A stretch of 55,847 nucleotides of DNA, from assembly GCA_005879065.1 (NCBI GenBank), contig VBLU01000003.1, forward strand, positions 1 to 55,847. Reading direction: 5' to 3'. Below, in pieces: positions 1-9,773 of this stretch. The notes beneath the pieces were generated by a model. The model worked only from the letters and a program-made list of their open reading frames with translations, was not told the origin of the DNA and ran no database searches. Every line of letters starts with the position of its first letter. The stretch's first letter is position 1. A program made the position numbers and the translations under genes. Source of the stretch: Methanobacteriota archaeon. Lineage in GTDB: Archaea; Thermoplasmatota; Thermoplasmata; RBG-16-68-12.

Positions 1-198
1 GGGGGCGATCGTCGATCGATCCGAAATGGCCTGAATGTGGTCCCCCGGTCCAGTCTGAATGGAAAGGCCGGCCAACAAGCTTCCCACGAGCGAAGCGCCC
101 ACGAACATGAGCGCGAGGATCCATACGGTCCAGAGGAGGCGGGTCCGGTCGGGTTCCCTAGGGAGCTTGGCATAGCTACCCCGGACTGGGTCGGACAC
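1..198 (-). CDS. N-terminal part of a secreted/membrane protein (runs off window start)
   Basis: Own translation from GTG at 198: MSDPVRGSYAKLPREPDRTRLLWTVWILALMFVGASLVGSLLAGLSIQ..., basic residues then a hydrophobic helix; open to position 1. Confidence 0.6.
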   Translation of the reverse strand, partial: MSDPVRGSYAKLPREPDRTRLLWTVWILALMFVGASLVGSLLAGLSIQTGPGDHIQAISDRSTIAP

Positions 199-316
199 GG
201 GGAGGATACGACATCGCCTCGGGCATATCTTTCCCGGTTAGCCTCGAACACAAATGAGCCCCGTGGCCGTTCACGGAACACCGCATCGACCCATGCCTTC
301 CAAAGACAATGGGGGC

Positions 317-2026
317 CTAGGCCCTAACCCTCGGCTTCGCGAGCTCGCGTTCCCGCAGCTCCCTTCGGAGCACTTTTCCGACGAGAGACTTCGGAAGATC
401 GGTGGTGAACTCGACGGCCTTAGGGACCTTGAAGGCCGCGAGGCGTTCCTTGCAGAACGCGACGATCTCGTCCTCCGTGGTGCGCATCCCTCCTTTCAGG
501 ACGACGAAGGCCTTGACGGACTCGCCGCGATACGCGTCCGGAACCCCGATCGCCGCCGCCTCTGCGACCGCCGGGTGCATGAACAAGACCTCCTCGACCT
601 CCCGCGGATACACGTTGTAGCCGGAACACAGGATCAAGTCCTTCTTGCGGTCCACGATGGAGAAGTAGCCGTCCTCGTCCATCTTCGCGATGTCACCGGT
701 CAGTAGCCATCCGCTCCGAAGCACCGCCGCCGTCTCCTCCGGATGGTTCCAATATCCCTTCATCACCTGCGGACCCCGGACCGCGAGCTCGCCGATCTCG
801 CCCGGAGGGACCTCTCGGGACGCATCTTCCGGATCCACGAGCTTCGCGTCCGTGTCGGGGAACGGGATTCCGATGCATTCCTTCACGATCCCGTTGATCG
901 GGTTGCAGTGCGTGACCGGAGACGCTTCCGTGAGGCCATAGCCCTCGACGATTCGTCCGCCGGTCGCGGCCTCGAACTGCTTCCGCACTTCGTTCGGGAG
1001 CGGTGCCGCGCCGGAAACGCACACGCGCACGGAACGGAGGTCGTACTTTGCCAGGTTCGGATGGCGGAGGATCGCGATGTACATGGTGGGGACGCCGGGG
1101 AAGAGGCTCGGCTTCGTCTTGTCGATCAGTTTGAGGATGGCCCCGATGTCCCGCGGGTTCGGATACAGGATCACCTCGCCTCCCTTCACGATGGAGAGGA
1201 GCATGACCGCCGTCAGTCCGTACACGTGGAAGAGGGGGATCGCGCCGAGGACGCGCTCGGGGCCGTGCGCCCCCGTCACGAACCACGCCGCGCACTGGGC
1301 GGCGTTCGCGACGAGATTCCGATGGGTGAGCATCGCGCCCTTCGGTGTCCCGGTCGTCCCGCCGGTATACTGCAGGACCGCCACATTGTCCGGATTCGCC
1401 GGAGTCTGCACCGAATCGGTAGGCGTCTTCGCGAGGTCCGCGAACCGATGGATCCACGGTTCCTGCGGAATCGAGAGAGGCCAGTGGCCGGCCTTCTGGA
1501 GGTCCTTCTTCCTCTTGATCGGATACAGCTGTCGCAGCGGCGTCTTGAGAAACTCCGCGGCGTCGCAGACGACGACTCTCTGGACCTGGGTCCCGGCCTT
1601 CGCCTTGGAGACGTTGTGCCAGAACAGGTCGAGGGCCACGACGGTCTCCACGCCCGCGTCGTTCCACAGGACCTCGAGCTCCCGCGGGGTCAGGATCGGA
1701 TTCGTCTGGACGACGATTGCGCCGGTTCGGAGGACCGCGAAGAAAGCCACGATGAAGTGGGGCGTGTTCGGGAGGAGGAGGGACACGCGGTCGCCGGCGC
1801 GAACGCCAATCGACCGGAGACCGGCCGCGAACCGGTTGACCGCGGCATCGAGGTCGCGATACGTCAACGTCTTCCCATAGAATGTGACCGCGGGTCGGTC
1901 GCCGTGCTCTCCCGCGGTCCGACGGAGCAAGTCCTGAACCGGGACATCCGGATAGGTGAGGGACCGGGGCAGGTCGGCGGGCCAACGGGCAAACCACGGC
2001 CTCTCCAACGTGGCCGTCTCTCGCAT
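317..2026 (-). CDS. fadD: Long-chain fatty acid--CoA ligase (AMP-binding family)
   Basis: QYTGGTTGTPKG AMP-binding loop, EGYGLTEASP, TGDIAKMDEDGY..DRKKD, C-terminal LPKSLVGKV; start set at MRETAT. Confidence 0.93.
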   Translation of the reverse strand: MRETATLERPWFARWPADLPRSLTYPDVPVQDLLRRTAGEHGDRPAVTFYGKTLTYRDLDAAVNRFAAGLRSIGVRAGDRVSLLLPNTPHFIVAFFAVLRTGAIVVQTNPILTPRELEVLWNDAGVETVVALDLFWHNVSKAKAGTQVQRVVVCDAAEFLKTPLRQLYPIKRKKDLQKAGHWPLSIPQEPWIHRFADLAKTPTDSVQTPANPDNVAVLQYTGGTTGTPKGAMLTHRNLVANAAQCAAWFVTGAHGPERVLGAIPLFHVYGLTAVMLLSIVKGGEVILYPNPRDIGAILKLIDKTKPSLFPGVPTMYIAILRHPNLAKYDLRSVRVCVSGAAPLPNEVRKQFEAATGGRIVEGYGLTEASPVTHCNPINGIVKECIGIPFPDTDAKLVDPEDASREVPPGEIGELAVRGPQVMKGYWNHPEETAAVLRSGWLLTGDIAKMDEDGYFSIVDRKKDLILCSGYNVYPREVEEVLFMHPAVAEAAAIGVPDAYRGESVKAFVVLKGGMRTTEDEIVAFCKERLAAFKVPKAVEFTTDLPKSLVGKVLRRELRERELAKPRVRA

Positions 2027-2115
2027 CGGTGCAGTATCGGTGGCGCGATAGAAAAAGAGTGTGGACCGGCGCCGCGTGCGCAACGATTATCTCCGTAGTA
2101 TCCGCTAGTGGCCCG

Positions 2116-2877
2116 ATGCCCCCCACGCCCCGCGTGCGCATCGAAAAAGGAGGACGCGTCGCGGTCCTGTGGATCGAGAACCCTCCCCGAAACACGATGC
2201 GTCTCTCCATGGTCACGGACCTGATGTCCCGCGTCCCGGAAATCGAGAAAGACGATTCGATCCGGGCCGTCGTCGTGGCCGGCGCGGGCAGTCTCGTCTT
2301 CTCCTCGGGAATGGACATCGAGGAGTGGGCGAAGCTCGCGCCGAAGGAGGCCCAGGAATGGGTGACCCGCGGGCAGGACGCGTTCTGGGCTCTCGAGCAC
2401 CTCACGAAGCCCACCATCGCCGCGGTCGCGGGCATGGCCCGCGGAGCGGGGGCCGAACTCGCCCTCGCCTGCGACATCCGGATCGCGGATGAGACGGCGA
2501 CTTTCTCCCACCCGGAGGCCGATCTCGGTTGGATGCCGAGTCATGGCGGCACCGCCCGGCTGTCGAAGATCGTGGGTCGGTCGAACGCGCTCGAGTTGCT
2601 CCTCTCGGGAAAGGCGCTCACGGCGCTCGACGCGTTGCGCCTCGGCATCGTGGACCACCTGAGCGCCCCCGGCGAGGCCCTTTCCGAGGCGCGTTCCCTG
2701 GCGGAGCTGTTCGCGAAGAAGTCCCGATCTGCGGTGAAGGCGATCAAACGTGCCCTCACGGAGGGGGACGAGAAGCCGTACCGGAATCGCTTTCTCTTGG
2801 AGTCCCAGCACGCGGTCCAACTGTTGTGGTCCGAGGAATACCAAGAGGCGATGGCGAAACTGCGCAAAAAAGCGTAG
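2116..2877 (+). CDS. Enoyl-CoA hydratase/isomerase family protein
   Basis: FSSGMDI, KPTIAAVAGMARGAGAELALACDIRIA, PE motif, GGTARL. Confidence 0.9.
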   Translation: MPPTPRVRIEKGGRVAVLWIENPPRNTMRLSMVTDLMSRVPEIEKDDSIRAVVVAGAGSLVFSSGMDIEEWAKLAPKEAQEWVTRGQDAFWALEHLTKPTIAAVAGMARGAGAELALACDIRIADETATFSHPEADLGWMPSHGGTARLSKIVGRSNALELLLSGKALTALDALRLGIVDHLSAPGEALSEARSLAELFAKKSRSAVKAIKRALTEGDEKPYRNRFLLESQHAVQLLWSEEYQEAMAKLRKKA

Positions 2878-2898
2878 CGGCTAGACCCGAGACCGTCC

Positions 2899-3435
2899 TC
2901 AGGTCTTCTTCAACACCATTTCCCGGGATCCCCATCGTTTCAGTTCGATGTCCACTCCGACGTCCGTGGCCACAAACGATTGGTCCCTCAGGCCAGCGTC
3001 TTTGAGGATCAGACGACGCTGCGCGTCGTCCTCGAATCCGAGGATCGTCTGGAAGAATCCGAAGTCGATCTCGACCGCGTCGTCCACATGGACTGCGCCA
3101 GTGAGCCGCGTGCCGCTCGCGAGGACGGACCCGAGCATTTCGATGCGGCGCGCCCGCACCCGTTTCAGGAAGCCGTAGCACACGACCCGACCGTCCGCCC
3201 ATTCGCCGGGGCGCACCTTCGCATACGTGTCGCGCGGATCGTACGCATGGATGTCGATGTAGGTCTTTCGGTCCTTGGGATCGTACGACCACCCTTCCTT
3301 CGGGTCCCGGGACACGCGAATCCGGATCTCGCCCTCCGCCTCGCAGTCGCACATGATCGCCTGCAGGATCCGCCCCTTCACCGGGAAGGCGGCTTCGAAT
3401 TCGAGGCCAGTCTTGATCGGCCGGGGCACACGCAT
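2899..3435 (-). CDS. Hypothetical protein (~178 aa)
   Basis: Fills the gap between convergent and divergent genes with protein-like composition; TTTAT box ~20 nt upstream of ATG 3435; no family recognised. Confidence 0.7.
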   Translation of the reverse strand: MRVPRPIKTGLEFEAAFPVKGRILQAIMCDCEAEGEIRIRVSRDPKEGWSYDPKDRKTYIDIHAYDPRDTYAKVRPGEWADGRVVCYGFLKRVRARRIEMLGSVLASGTRLTGAVHVDDAVEIDFGFFQTILGFEDDAQRRLILKDAGLRDQSFVATDVGVDIELKRWGSREMVLKKT

Positions 3436-3526
3436 GCGAACCGCCGCCGCGACGATAAACCCGACGACGCGCGAGTTCAAGGTGTGACGGGGCTTTACTA
3501 CGAAACGTACCCTAGGGGGAGCAGCC

Positions 3527-4798
3527 ATCCCGGAGGAACGCCTCGTCCACAACTACCTGATTGAAGCGGGCCTCGCGGGCCGGATCCCCAAGGGGGTGCG
3601 CATTTGGGAGGAGACCCTGCGAGACGGAGAACAGACTCCAGGTGTCGCATACACGCCCGAGGAGAAGATCCAGATCGCACGGTTCCTCGATGAGATCCAC
3701 GTTCCGATCATGGACGTCGGGATTCCTGTCGTCTCGAAGGAGGAAGCCCGGGGCGTCCGTGCGATCGCGAACGCGGGGCTCGACGCCACGGTCATGGCGG
3801 CCGCTCGGACCGTTCGGAAAGATGTCGACGCGTGCATCGATTGCGGGGTCGATGAGATCGCGCTCTTCACCGCTGGGTCCGATCTGCACATCCGGCATAA
3901 GCTCGGGATGACGCGGGAGCAGGTGAAAGAAGTCGCAGTCCGAGAGACGGAGTACGCGGTCGCCCACGGCGTCGACGTCTCGTTCGTCACGGAGGACACG
4001 TTCCGCGCGGACCTGGACTTCGTCGTGGACCTGTACAACGCGTGCACGAACGCCGGAGCGCACCGTGCGGTGGTCTGCGACACGGTCGGCGTGATGACCC
4101 CGCCGGGTATCCGCTGGTTCTTCGGACAGCTGAAAGAACGGCTCGTGCCGACCGAGCTCTCGTTCCACGGGCACAACGATTTCGGCCTCGCGGTCGCGAA
4201 CAGCCTTGCCGCGGTCGAGGAGGGCGTCCAGGTCCCCCACACCTGTGTGAACGGACTCGGTGAGCGATCGGGAAACGCAAGTTTCGAGGAGCTCGTCCTC
4301 GCGCTCGAGGCCTTGTACGAATACGACACGGGGATCGAAGTCGCCCGTCTGTACGAGCTCTCCCAGCTCGTCGAACGGTTGAGCGGCATCCCGGTCGGGG
4401 TCGCGAAGCCGCTCGTTGGCCACAACGCGTTCGCCCACGAATCGGGGATCCACGCGCACGGTGTGATCAAACACACCGCGACCTACGAGCCGATTCAGCC
4501 TGAGCGGATCGGGAGGCAACGGACGTTCGTCTTCGGGAAGCACACAGGGTCCCTGGCGGTCGCGGAGAAGTTGCGGTCCTATGGGGCCGAAGCGACACCG
4601 GATCAGGTTCTCCGGCTCGTCTCGCTGATCAAGGACTTTTCCGAAGCGCGTTCGAAGAAGGATCAACAGGACTTCATCCGGTCCTTCCGCGAACGCGTGG
4701 CCCGTCAGCGCGGCGTGACCGACGACGAGTTCCGATCCCTCGCGGAGAAGGCCGGGATTGCGGTCCGGGAGCCGCCGAAATCGCGAGGTTCCGACTAG
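3527..4798 (+). CDS. 2-isopropylmalate/homocitrate/citramalate synthase family (DRE-TIM), short form without regulatory domain
   Basis: ETLRDGEQTPG, CDTVG, HGHNDFGLAVAN, NGLGERSGNA, AHESGIH, GKHTG; first canonical start is GTG 3596, but a family-like N-terminus extends to ATC 3527. Confidence 0.9.
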   Translation: MPEERLVHNYLIEAGLAGRIPKGVRIWEETLRDGEQTPGVAYTPEEKIQIARFLDEIHVPIMDVGIPVVSKEEARGVRAIANAGLDATVMAAARTVRKDVDACIDCGVDEIALFTAGSDLHIRHKLGMTREQVKEVAVRETEYAVAHGVDVSFVTEDTFRADLDFVVDLYNACTNAGAHRAVVCDTVGVMTPPGIRWFFGQLKERLVPTELSFHGHNDFGLAVANSLAAVEEGVQVPHTCVNGLGERSGNASFEELVLALEALYEYDTGIEVARLYELSQLVERLSGIPVGVAKPLVGHNAFAHESGIHAHGVIKHTATYEPIQPERIGRQRTFVFGKHTGSLAVAEKLRSYGAEATPDQVLRLVSLIKDFSEARSKKDQQDFIRSFRERVARQRGVTDDEFRSLAEKAGIAVREPPKSRGSD

Positions 4799-5775
4799 CC
4801 CTGACGTCCCGGCGGATCGATGGGATCGGTCGCGGGAGCCGTGCGGCCGACGAGAGCTCGACCGAGGCCCGCCACGCGGCGGGAGATGGAGACGTAAATG
4901 CCCGCGAGCACGATCGCCGAACCGATCAGGTCGACCGCATCGAACTTTTCGTTCCCTACGCCGGCGCCGAGGAGGACCGCGGTGATCGGCGTGATGAGGG
5001 CGACGAAGGAGAGAGAGGTCGCTTCCGCGGTCTTGAGCAGCCATTGCCAAGTGACGAACGTGACGACGGATCCTGCGAGCGCAAGGAACAGGATCGCTCC
5101 AATGCCCTCCGGCCAAGAGGGGACGTGCCAGGATTCACGAGTCCCTAGCGAGACCACCGCGAGGCTCGCGGTCCCAACGGCCATCGCCGCCGCATTGAAC
5201 GTGACCGGGTCCGTTGCGTGGCCCCACCGTTTGATGGCGACGGTCGCGAAGGCGGCGCAGGTCGCAGAGAGGACGATCGCGAGCATCGGGAACGCCTTGT
5301 CGAATCCCGCAGTCCCGATTTGCCCGCGGAAGATGAGGAGGATCCCTCCGAAACCGAGACCGATTCCCGCGAGCTTCTGGACCGTCAACCGCTCGCCGGG
5401 AAGGACCGCGTTCGCGACGAGGGCCGTCTGCAGCGGCAGCGTCGCGAATAAGATTGCGGAGAGCCCGCTCTGGACCCCGTTGTTCTCGCCCCAGTAGATG
5501 AATCCATAGTCCGCGGTGAAAAGGACCAGCCCGACGAAGGCGACGAGGGCCCATTCCGTCCGGTTTGCAGGCCATTTCGAGCGGAACACGATCGCCAGCA
5601 CCGCGAGCGTGATCGACGCCAGCAGGAATCGCAAGGTCGCCGCGAGGAACGGAGGTGCGCCCTGCAACCCGATGCGGATGGCGAGCCACGTCGATCCCCA
5701 GATGACGCAGAGCATCGCGAAGGCCGCGCTTCGGAACAACCGAGGCGTCACGCCCGAGCTAACGCTCGCTCGCAT
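4795..5775 (-). CDS. EamA/DMT family transporter
   Basis: IWGSTWLAIRIG, about 10 hydrophobic helices in two EamA repeats. Confidence 0.9.
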   Translation of the reverse strand: MRASVSSGVTPRLFRSAAFAMLCVIWGSTWLAIRIGLQGAPPFLAATLRFLLASITLAVLAIVFRSKWPANRTEWALVAFVGLVLFTADYGFIYWGENNGVQSGLSAILFATLPLQTALVANAVLPGERLTVQKLAGIGLGFGGILLIFRGQIGTAGFDKAFPMLAIVLSATCAAFATVAIKRWGHATDPVTFNAAAMAVGTASLAVVSLGTRESWHVPSWPEGIGAILFLALAGSVVTFVTWQWLLKTAEATSLSFVALITPITAVLLGAGVGNEKFDAVDLIGSAIVLAGIYVSISRRVAGLGRALVGRTAPATDPIDPPGRQG

Positions 5776-5874
5776 TTAGCCTTGGTCCCGGCACTCGCGG
5801 GCGGGAGTTAGCGGTATCTCGTCTCTGGGTGAGCCAGCTTTATGAGCCGCTCCGGGAATGAGGTATGTTGCCCA

Positions 5875-7131
5875 ATGCCCGGACTCACGATTTCGGAGAA
5901 AATCCTCGCGCGAGCGAGCCACGCAGAGGTGGTCCGCCCCGGTCAGATCATCGACGGAGAGGTCGACCTGCTCTACATGCACGAGATGCTCGCGATGGCC
6001 CTCCTACCGTTCAACGAGATCGGGACCACCGCGGTGTGGGATCCGAACAAGATCGTCGTCACCTTGGACCACTGGGTCCCTCCTCCGACCCCGGAGATCG
6101 CGAAGATGCACCAGACGATCCGCGACTTCTGTCACAAGCAAGGGATCCAGCGATTCCACGACGTCGGGGATCACGGAATCGTGCACCAGCTGATCGCGGA
6201 GCGGGGCTATGCGCACCCGGGGGAGCTCATCATCGGGAGCGATAGCCACACGAACATGGTCGGGGCCGTGGGCGCCTTCGCCGCGGGCATCGGGGCGACG
6301 GACACCGCGGCCGTGATGGCCTCCGGGCGCCTCTGGCTCCGCGTCCCGGAGACGCTGCGTGTGGACATCCGCGGGACGCTCTCGGAGCGGACAACGGCGA
6401 AGGATGTGATCCTCAAGGTCATTGGGACGACCGGGGACGATGGAGCGCGGTATGCGGCCGTCGAATTCACGGGATCGACCGTGAAGGGGTTCCCGATGAA
6501 CGAGCGGTTCGTCCTCTGCAACATGACCACGGAGATGGGAGCGAAGGTGGGCCTGATCGAGGCGGATCAGGTCACGAAACAATACCTCGCCCACACGGGC
6601 CGCCCGTTCCATCCAATCGCTTCCGACGAAGACGCAGCCTTCTCGAAGACGTTCTCCTTCGAGGTCGACGGCATGGGCCCGCAGGTCGCGTGTCCCTCGA
6701 ACCCCGCAAATCTGAAGCCGGTCGAGGACGTCGAGGGGACGAAGATCGATGTCGCCTTCCTCGGCTCCTGCACGAACGCCCGCATCGAGGACCTTCGGAT
6801 CGCCGCGGGACTTCTGAAGGGAGAAAGGGTCGCCCGAGGCGTTCGGTTCCAGATCACGCCCGCGTCGCAGATCATTTATCGACAGGCCCTGAAAGAGGGG
6901 CTCATCGAAATCTTCATGGATGCCGGGGCGACGTTCACGTCATCGACGTGCGGTCCGTGCTTTGGCGGGCACCTCGGCACGCTCGCGGGAGACGAGGTGT
7001 GCATCTCGTCGACGAACCGGAACTACCCGGGCCGGATGGGGTCGCCGCAAGCCCAGGTGTATCTCGCTTCGCCTTGGACCGTGACAGCGTCCGCGATCCA
7101 TGGGGAGATCACGGACCCGCGAAAGGTCTGA
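5875..7131 (+). CDS. leuC: 3-isopropylmalate dehydratase/homoaconitase large subunit
   Basis: TISEKILA, DHWVP, GSDSHT, FLGSCTNAR and TCGPCFG Fe-S ligands, TNRNYPGRMG. Confidence 0.92.
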   Translation: MPGLTISEKILARASHAEVVRPGQIIDGEVDLLYMHEMLAMALLPFNEIGTTAVWDPNKIVVTLDHWVPPPTPEIAKMHQTIRDFCHKQGIQRFHDVGDHGIVHQLIAERGYAHPGELIIGSDSHTNMVGAVGAFAAGIGATDTAAVMASGRLWLRVPETLRVDIRGTLSERTTAKDVILKVIGTTGDDGARYAAVEFTGSTVKGFPMNERFVLCNMTTEMGAKVGLIEADQVTKQYLAHTGRPFHPIASDEDAAFSKTFSFEVDGMGPQVACPSNPANLKPVEDVEGTKIDVAFLGSCTNARIEDLRIAAGLLKGERVARGVRFQITPASQIIYRQALKEGLIEIFMDAGATFTSSTCGPCFGGHLGTLAGDEVCISSTNRNYPGRMGSPQAQVYLASPWTVTASAIHGEITDPRKV

Positions 7132-7221
7132 CTCCGTTCCGCGGGAGATGGATCGCGGGGTTTGTCCACTCCGGCCAGCGACACGAGGTTTATTGTTCCG
7201 AATCCGCTTTCTTGCCTTCGA

Positions 7222-7728
7222 ATGCAACGGCATTTCCGCGGCCGCGTCTGGACGTTCGGGGACGATATCTCGACCGACCACATTATTGCGGGAAAGTATC
7301 TCGGGACGACCGATCCCAACGTGTTTGCGGCGCATGCCTTCGAAGCCGTCAATTCGGCCTGGGCCAAGGGCGTCCAGGCCGGCGACCTCATCGTGGCCGG
7401 CGACAACTTCGGGTGTGGATCGAGCCGCGAACAGGCCCCGATCGCACTGAAAACGCTCGGCGTGTCTGCGATCCTCGCCAACTCGTTCGCTCGGATTTTC
7501 TTCCGGAACTCGATCAATCTGGGACTCCCGGTGCTCGAGTGTCCAGGATTGCGGCGGAAGGTCAACGCCGGGGACGTGATCGAGGTCGACATGGCGAAGG
7601 GTGAGGTCCATCTCCCGGACGGTGGCGTCGACCGTTTCAATGCGCTCCCCCCGAACGTGCTCGAGATTCTGGAGGCTGGCGGCCTCGTGGCGAAGATTCG
7701 GGCCGAGCGGGCTCCGCGCCGGACGTGA
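7222..7728 (+). CDS. leuD: 3-isopropylmalate dehydratase/homoaconitase small subunit
   Basis: GDDISTDHII, NFGCGSSREQA, SFARIFFRN. Confidence 0.92.
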   Translation: MQRHFRGRVWTFGDDISTDHIIAGKYLGTTDPNVFAAHAFEAVNSAWAKGVQAGDLIVAGDNFGCGSSREQAPIALKTLGVSAILANSFARIFFRNSINLGLPVLECPGLRRKVNAGDVIEVDMAKGEVHLPDGGVDRFNALPPNVLEILEAGGLVAKIRAERAPRRT

Positions 7729-7958
7729 CCCGCGTCCAGATGCGAACCCGCTCCGTCCGACGAATGGCTTGGCAAGCGTGCGGGGCGATGGCCGCCGAGA
7801 CGCCGCGGGGATCGATGCGGTGAGATCTTGGTCGTTCCCATGATTGCGACGAGACGAAAACTATAAGCCCTCGTCGGCCACATTCTTCCGGGGGAGTTTC
7901 GGCTCGAGGGGCCGAACGAGCTCATACTTCATCGAGTCTAGCGGAGGAGGGAGTGCGC

Positions 7959-8438
7959 ATGAACAGAAGAAACCGGACGATCGTGGCTCTGGCCGCGTTC
8001 CTTGTGGTGGTGTCCGTGGGAATCGGGACCGCAATCGCCGTGACGTTGTTCTACCATCACATGCCCGCGGTCAGCGTCGGGCAGACGATGACGCCGAACT
8101 GCGATCCGCCCACCGCGAATCCGGCCACTGTGACGATCGGTTCGAGCGGGCAAATTACGTTCTTGTGCTCGAGCGCGAGCGCAATTACGGTCGCAGGATC
8201 GTCCATCACCGTGAAGCCGATTTTCCTTGACGGAGGCTTCCGCGCACCCTACACCAGCCTGTGGATCTTCCACGCGGGAGGCGGCGTGACCGGAAACTGC
8301 TCCACGCGGACGGGTGCCGTGCAGCTTCAGAATAACACGTTCATGACCTTGGCGACGGGCGACTACAACTATTGCGCCGAATATGTGGATGTGGGAACAG
8401 CGGGACTACGCTCGTTCGTCTGTCGCTGGGAGGCCTAA
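7959..8438 (+). CDS. Hypothetical exported protein with 5 Cys
   Basis: SD GGAGG upstream; basic N-terminus plus hydrophobic helix, then a Thr/Ser-rich beta-type body; CTATAAG box at ~7861. Confidence 0.75.
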   Translation: MNRRNRTIVALAAFLVVVSVGIGTAIAVTLFYHHMPAVSVGQTMTPNCDPPTANPATVTIGSSGQITFLCSSASAITVAGSSITVKPIFLDGGFRAPYTSLWIFHAGGGVTGNCSTRTGAVQLQNNTFMTLATGDYNYCAEYVDVGTAGLRSFVCRWEA

Positions 8439-8641
8439 GGAGCTAGGGCCGGGGTGCGCGGAGAACGACCCCGCCTATTCATCGTATCCGATCGCGAAGC
8501 TTGAATTCGGACCCGTGCGCCGATACGGCATCTAAGCAGGGCGAAGTTCCCGAGGATTCTCCTCGCCCGTCTCGACCTATGGATCCCTAACGCGACTCAT
8601 CTTCCGAATCCTTATGCCGGTCGTCTCCTTCTCGCGGCCGG

Positions 8642-9772
8642 ATGGCTTACACGTTGGTCCTCCTGCCCGGCGACGGGACCGGACCGGAGGTCATGCGTGA
8701 GGCCGTGAAGGTCCTGAAGGCCGTCCAGGACTCTTTCGGCGTGTCGTTCGACACCTTCCCCTTTCCCGCGGGCGGTCAGTACTACATGGACACCGGGGCC
8801 GAGTGGCCGGACGGTGCGTTCGAGTCCTGCAAAGCCGCCGACGCCATCCTCCTTGGGGCCGTCGGCCTTCCCGACGTCTCCCTGCCGAACGGCGATCTCG
8901 CGGGCGTGGGCGTCGTCTTCGGCCTGCGGTTCGGCCTCGATCTGTACGCGAACGTCCGGCCGACGAAGCTCTACCCGAACGTCCTCCATAAGGTCCACGA
9001 ACACTTCAAGCAGGTTTGGGAGCCGGGCAAGGTCGACTTCGTGATCGTCCGGGAGAACACGGAAGGATTGTACACGCCCGCCCGAGGGTTTCTCTCCCGC
9101 GGTGGGATCGACGAACTCGCGGTCGACTCACGGATTATCACGCGGAAGGGGGCGGAGCGGGTGATTCGATACGCCTTCGAGCTCTCGACGCGGCGAAAGG
9201 GAGCTCCGTCGGATGGAACGCACCGCGTGACGTGCGTGGACAAGTCGAACGTGACGGCGGGATGCAAGCTTTTCCGGCGGATTTACGACGAGGTCGCATC
9301 GGACTATCCAGGAGTCCATCGGGATTACGCATACATCGACGCGTTCCAGCAATGGCTCCTCCGTTCGCCGGAGGCCTACGACGTCGCCGTCACGTCGAAC
9401 GTCTTCGGGGACATTGCGACCGACCTCGCCGCGGTCCTCCAAGGCGGGATGGGCATGGCCGCCGGGGGAAACATCGGCGACGCGCACGCGATGTTCGAGC
9501 CGATTCACGGGAGCTCTCCCAAGCATGCGGGCAAGGACGAGGTGAATCCGATCGCCATGATCCTCGCGACGCAGATGATGCTCGACTGGCTCGGCCGAAG
9601 GAAGAAGGACGCAGCCTTGCGGGAGGCCGCGACCGCGGTCGAGATGGCCGTCGAGCGCCACCTGGCCGAGGGAAAGGCTCTCACGTACGATCTCGGCGGC
9701 AAAGCCCGCTGCAGCGAAGTTGGGTCCGCGATTGCCGCGGCCATCCCGAAGATCGCGAAACGGAGCGCCTAG
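8642..9772 (+). CDS. leuB: Isocitrate/isopropylmalate dehydrogenase family (LeuB-like)
   Basis: LPGDGTGPEV, DLYANVRP, VRENTEGLY, DKSNV, NVFGDIATD, FEPIHGSSP. Confidence 0.88.
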   Translation: MAYTLVLLPGDGTGPEVMREAVKVLKAVQDSFGVSFDTFPFPAGGQYYMDTGAEWPDGAFESCKAADAILLGAVGLPDVSLPNGDLAGVGVVFGLRFGLDLYANVRPTKLYPNVLHKVHEHFKQVWEPGKVDFVIVRENTEGLYTPARGFLSRGGIDELAVDSRIITRKGAERVIRYAFELSTRRKGAPSDGTHRVTCVDKSNVTAGCKLFRRIYDEVASDYPGVHRDYAYIDAFQQWLLRSPEAYDVAVTSNVFGDIATDLAAVLQGGMGMAAGGNIGDAHAMFEPIHGSSPKHAGKDEVNPIAMILATQMMLDWLGRRKKDAALREAATAVEMAVERHLAEGKALTYDLGGKARCSEVGSAIAAAIPKIAKRSA

Positions 9773-9773
9773 G

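Noticed and set aside
8440..8640. Possible structured RNA upstream of leuB
   Set aside because: Only short GC-rich stems, with no coherent fold or known motif
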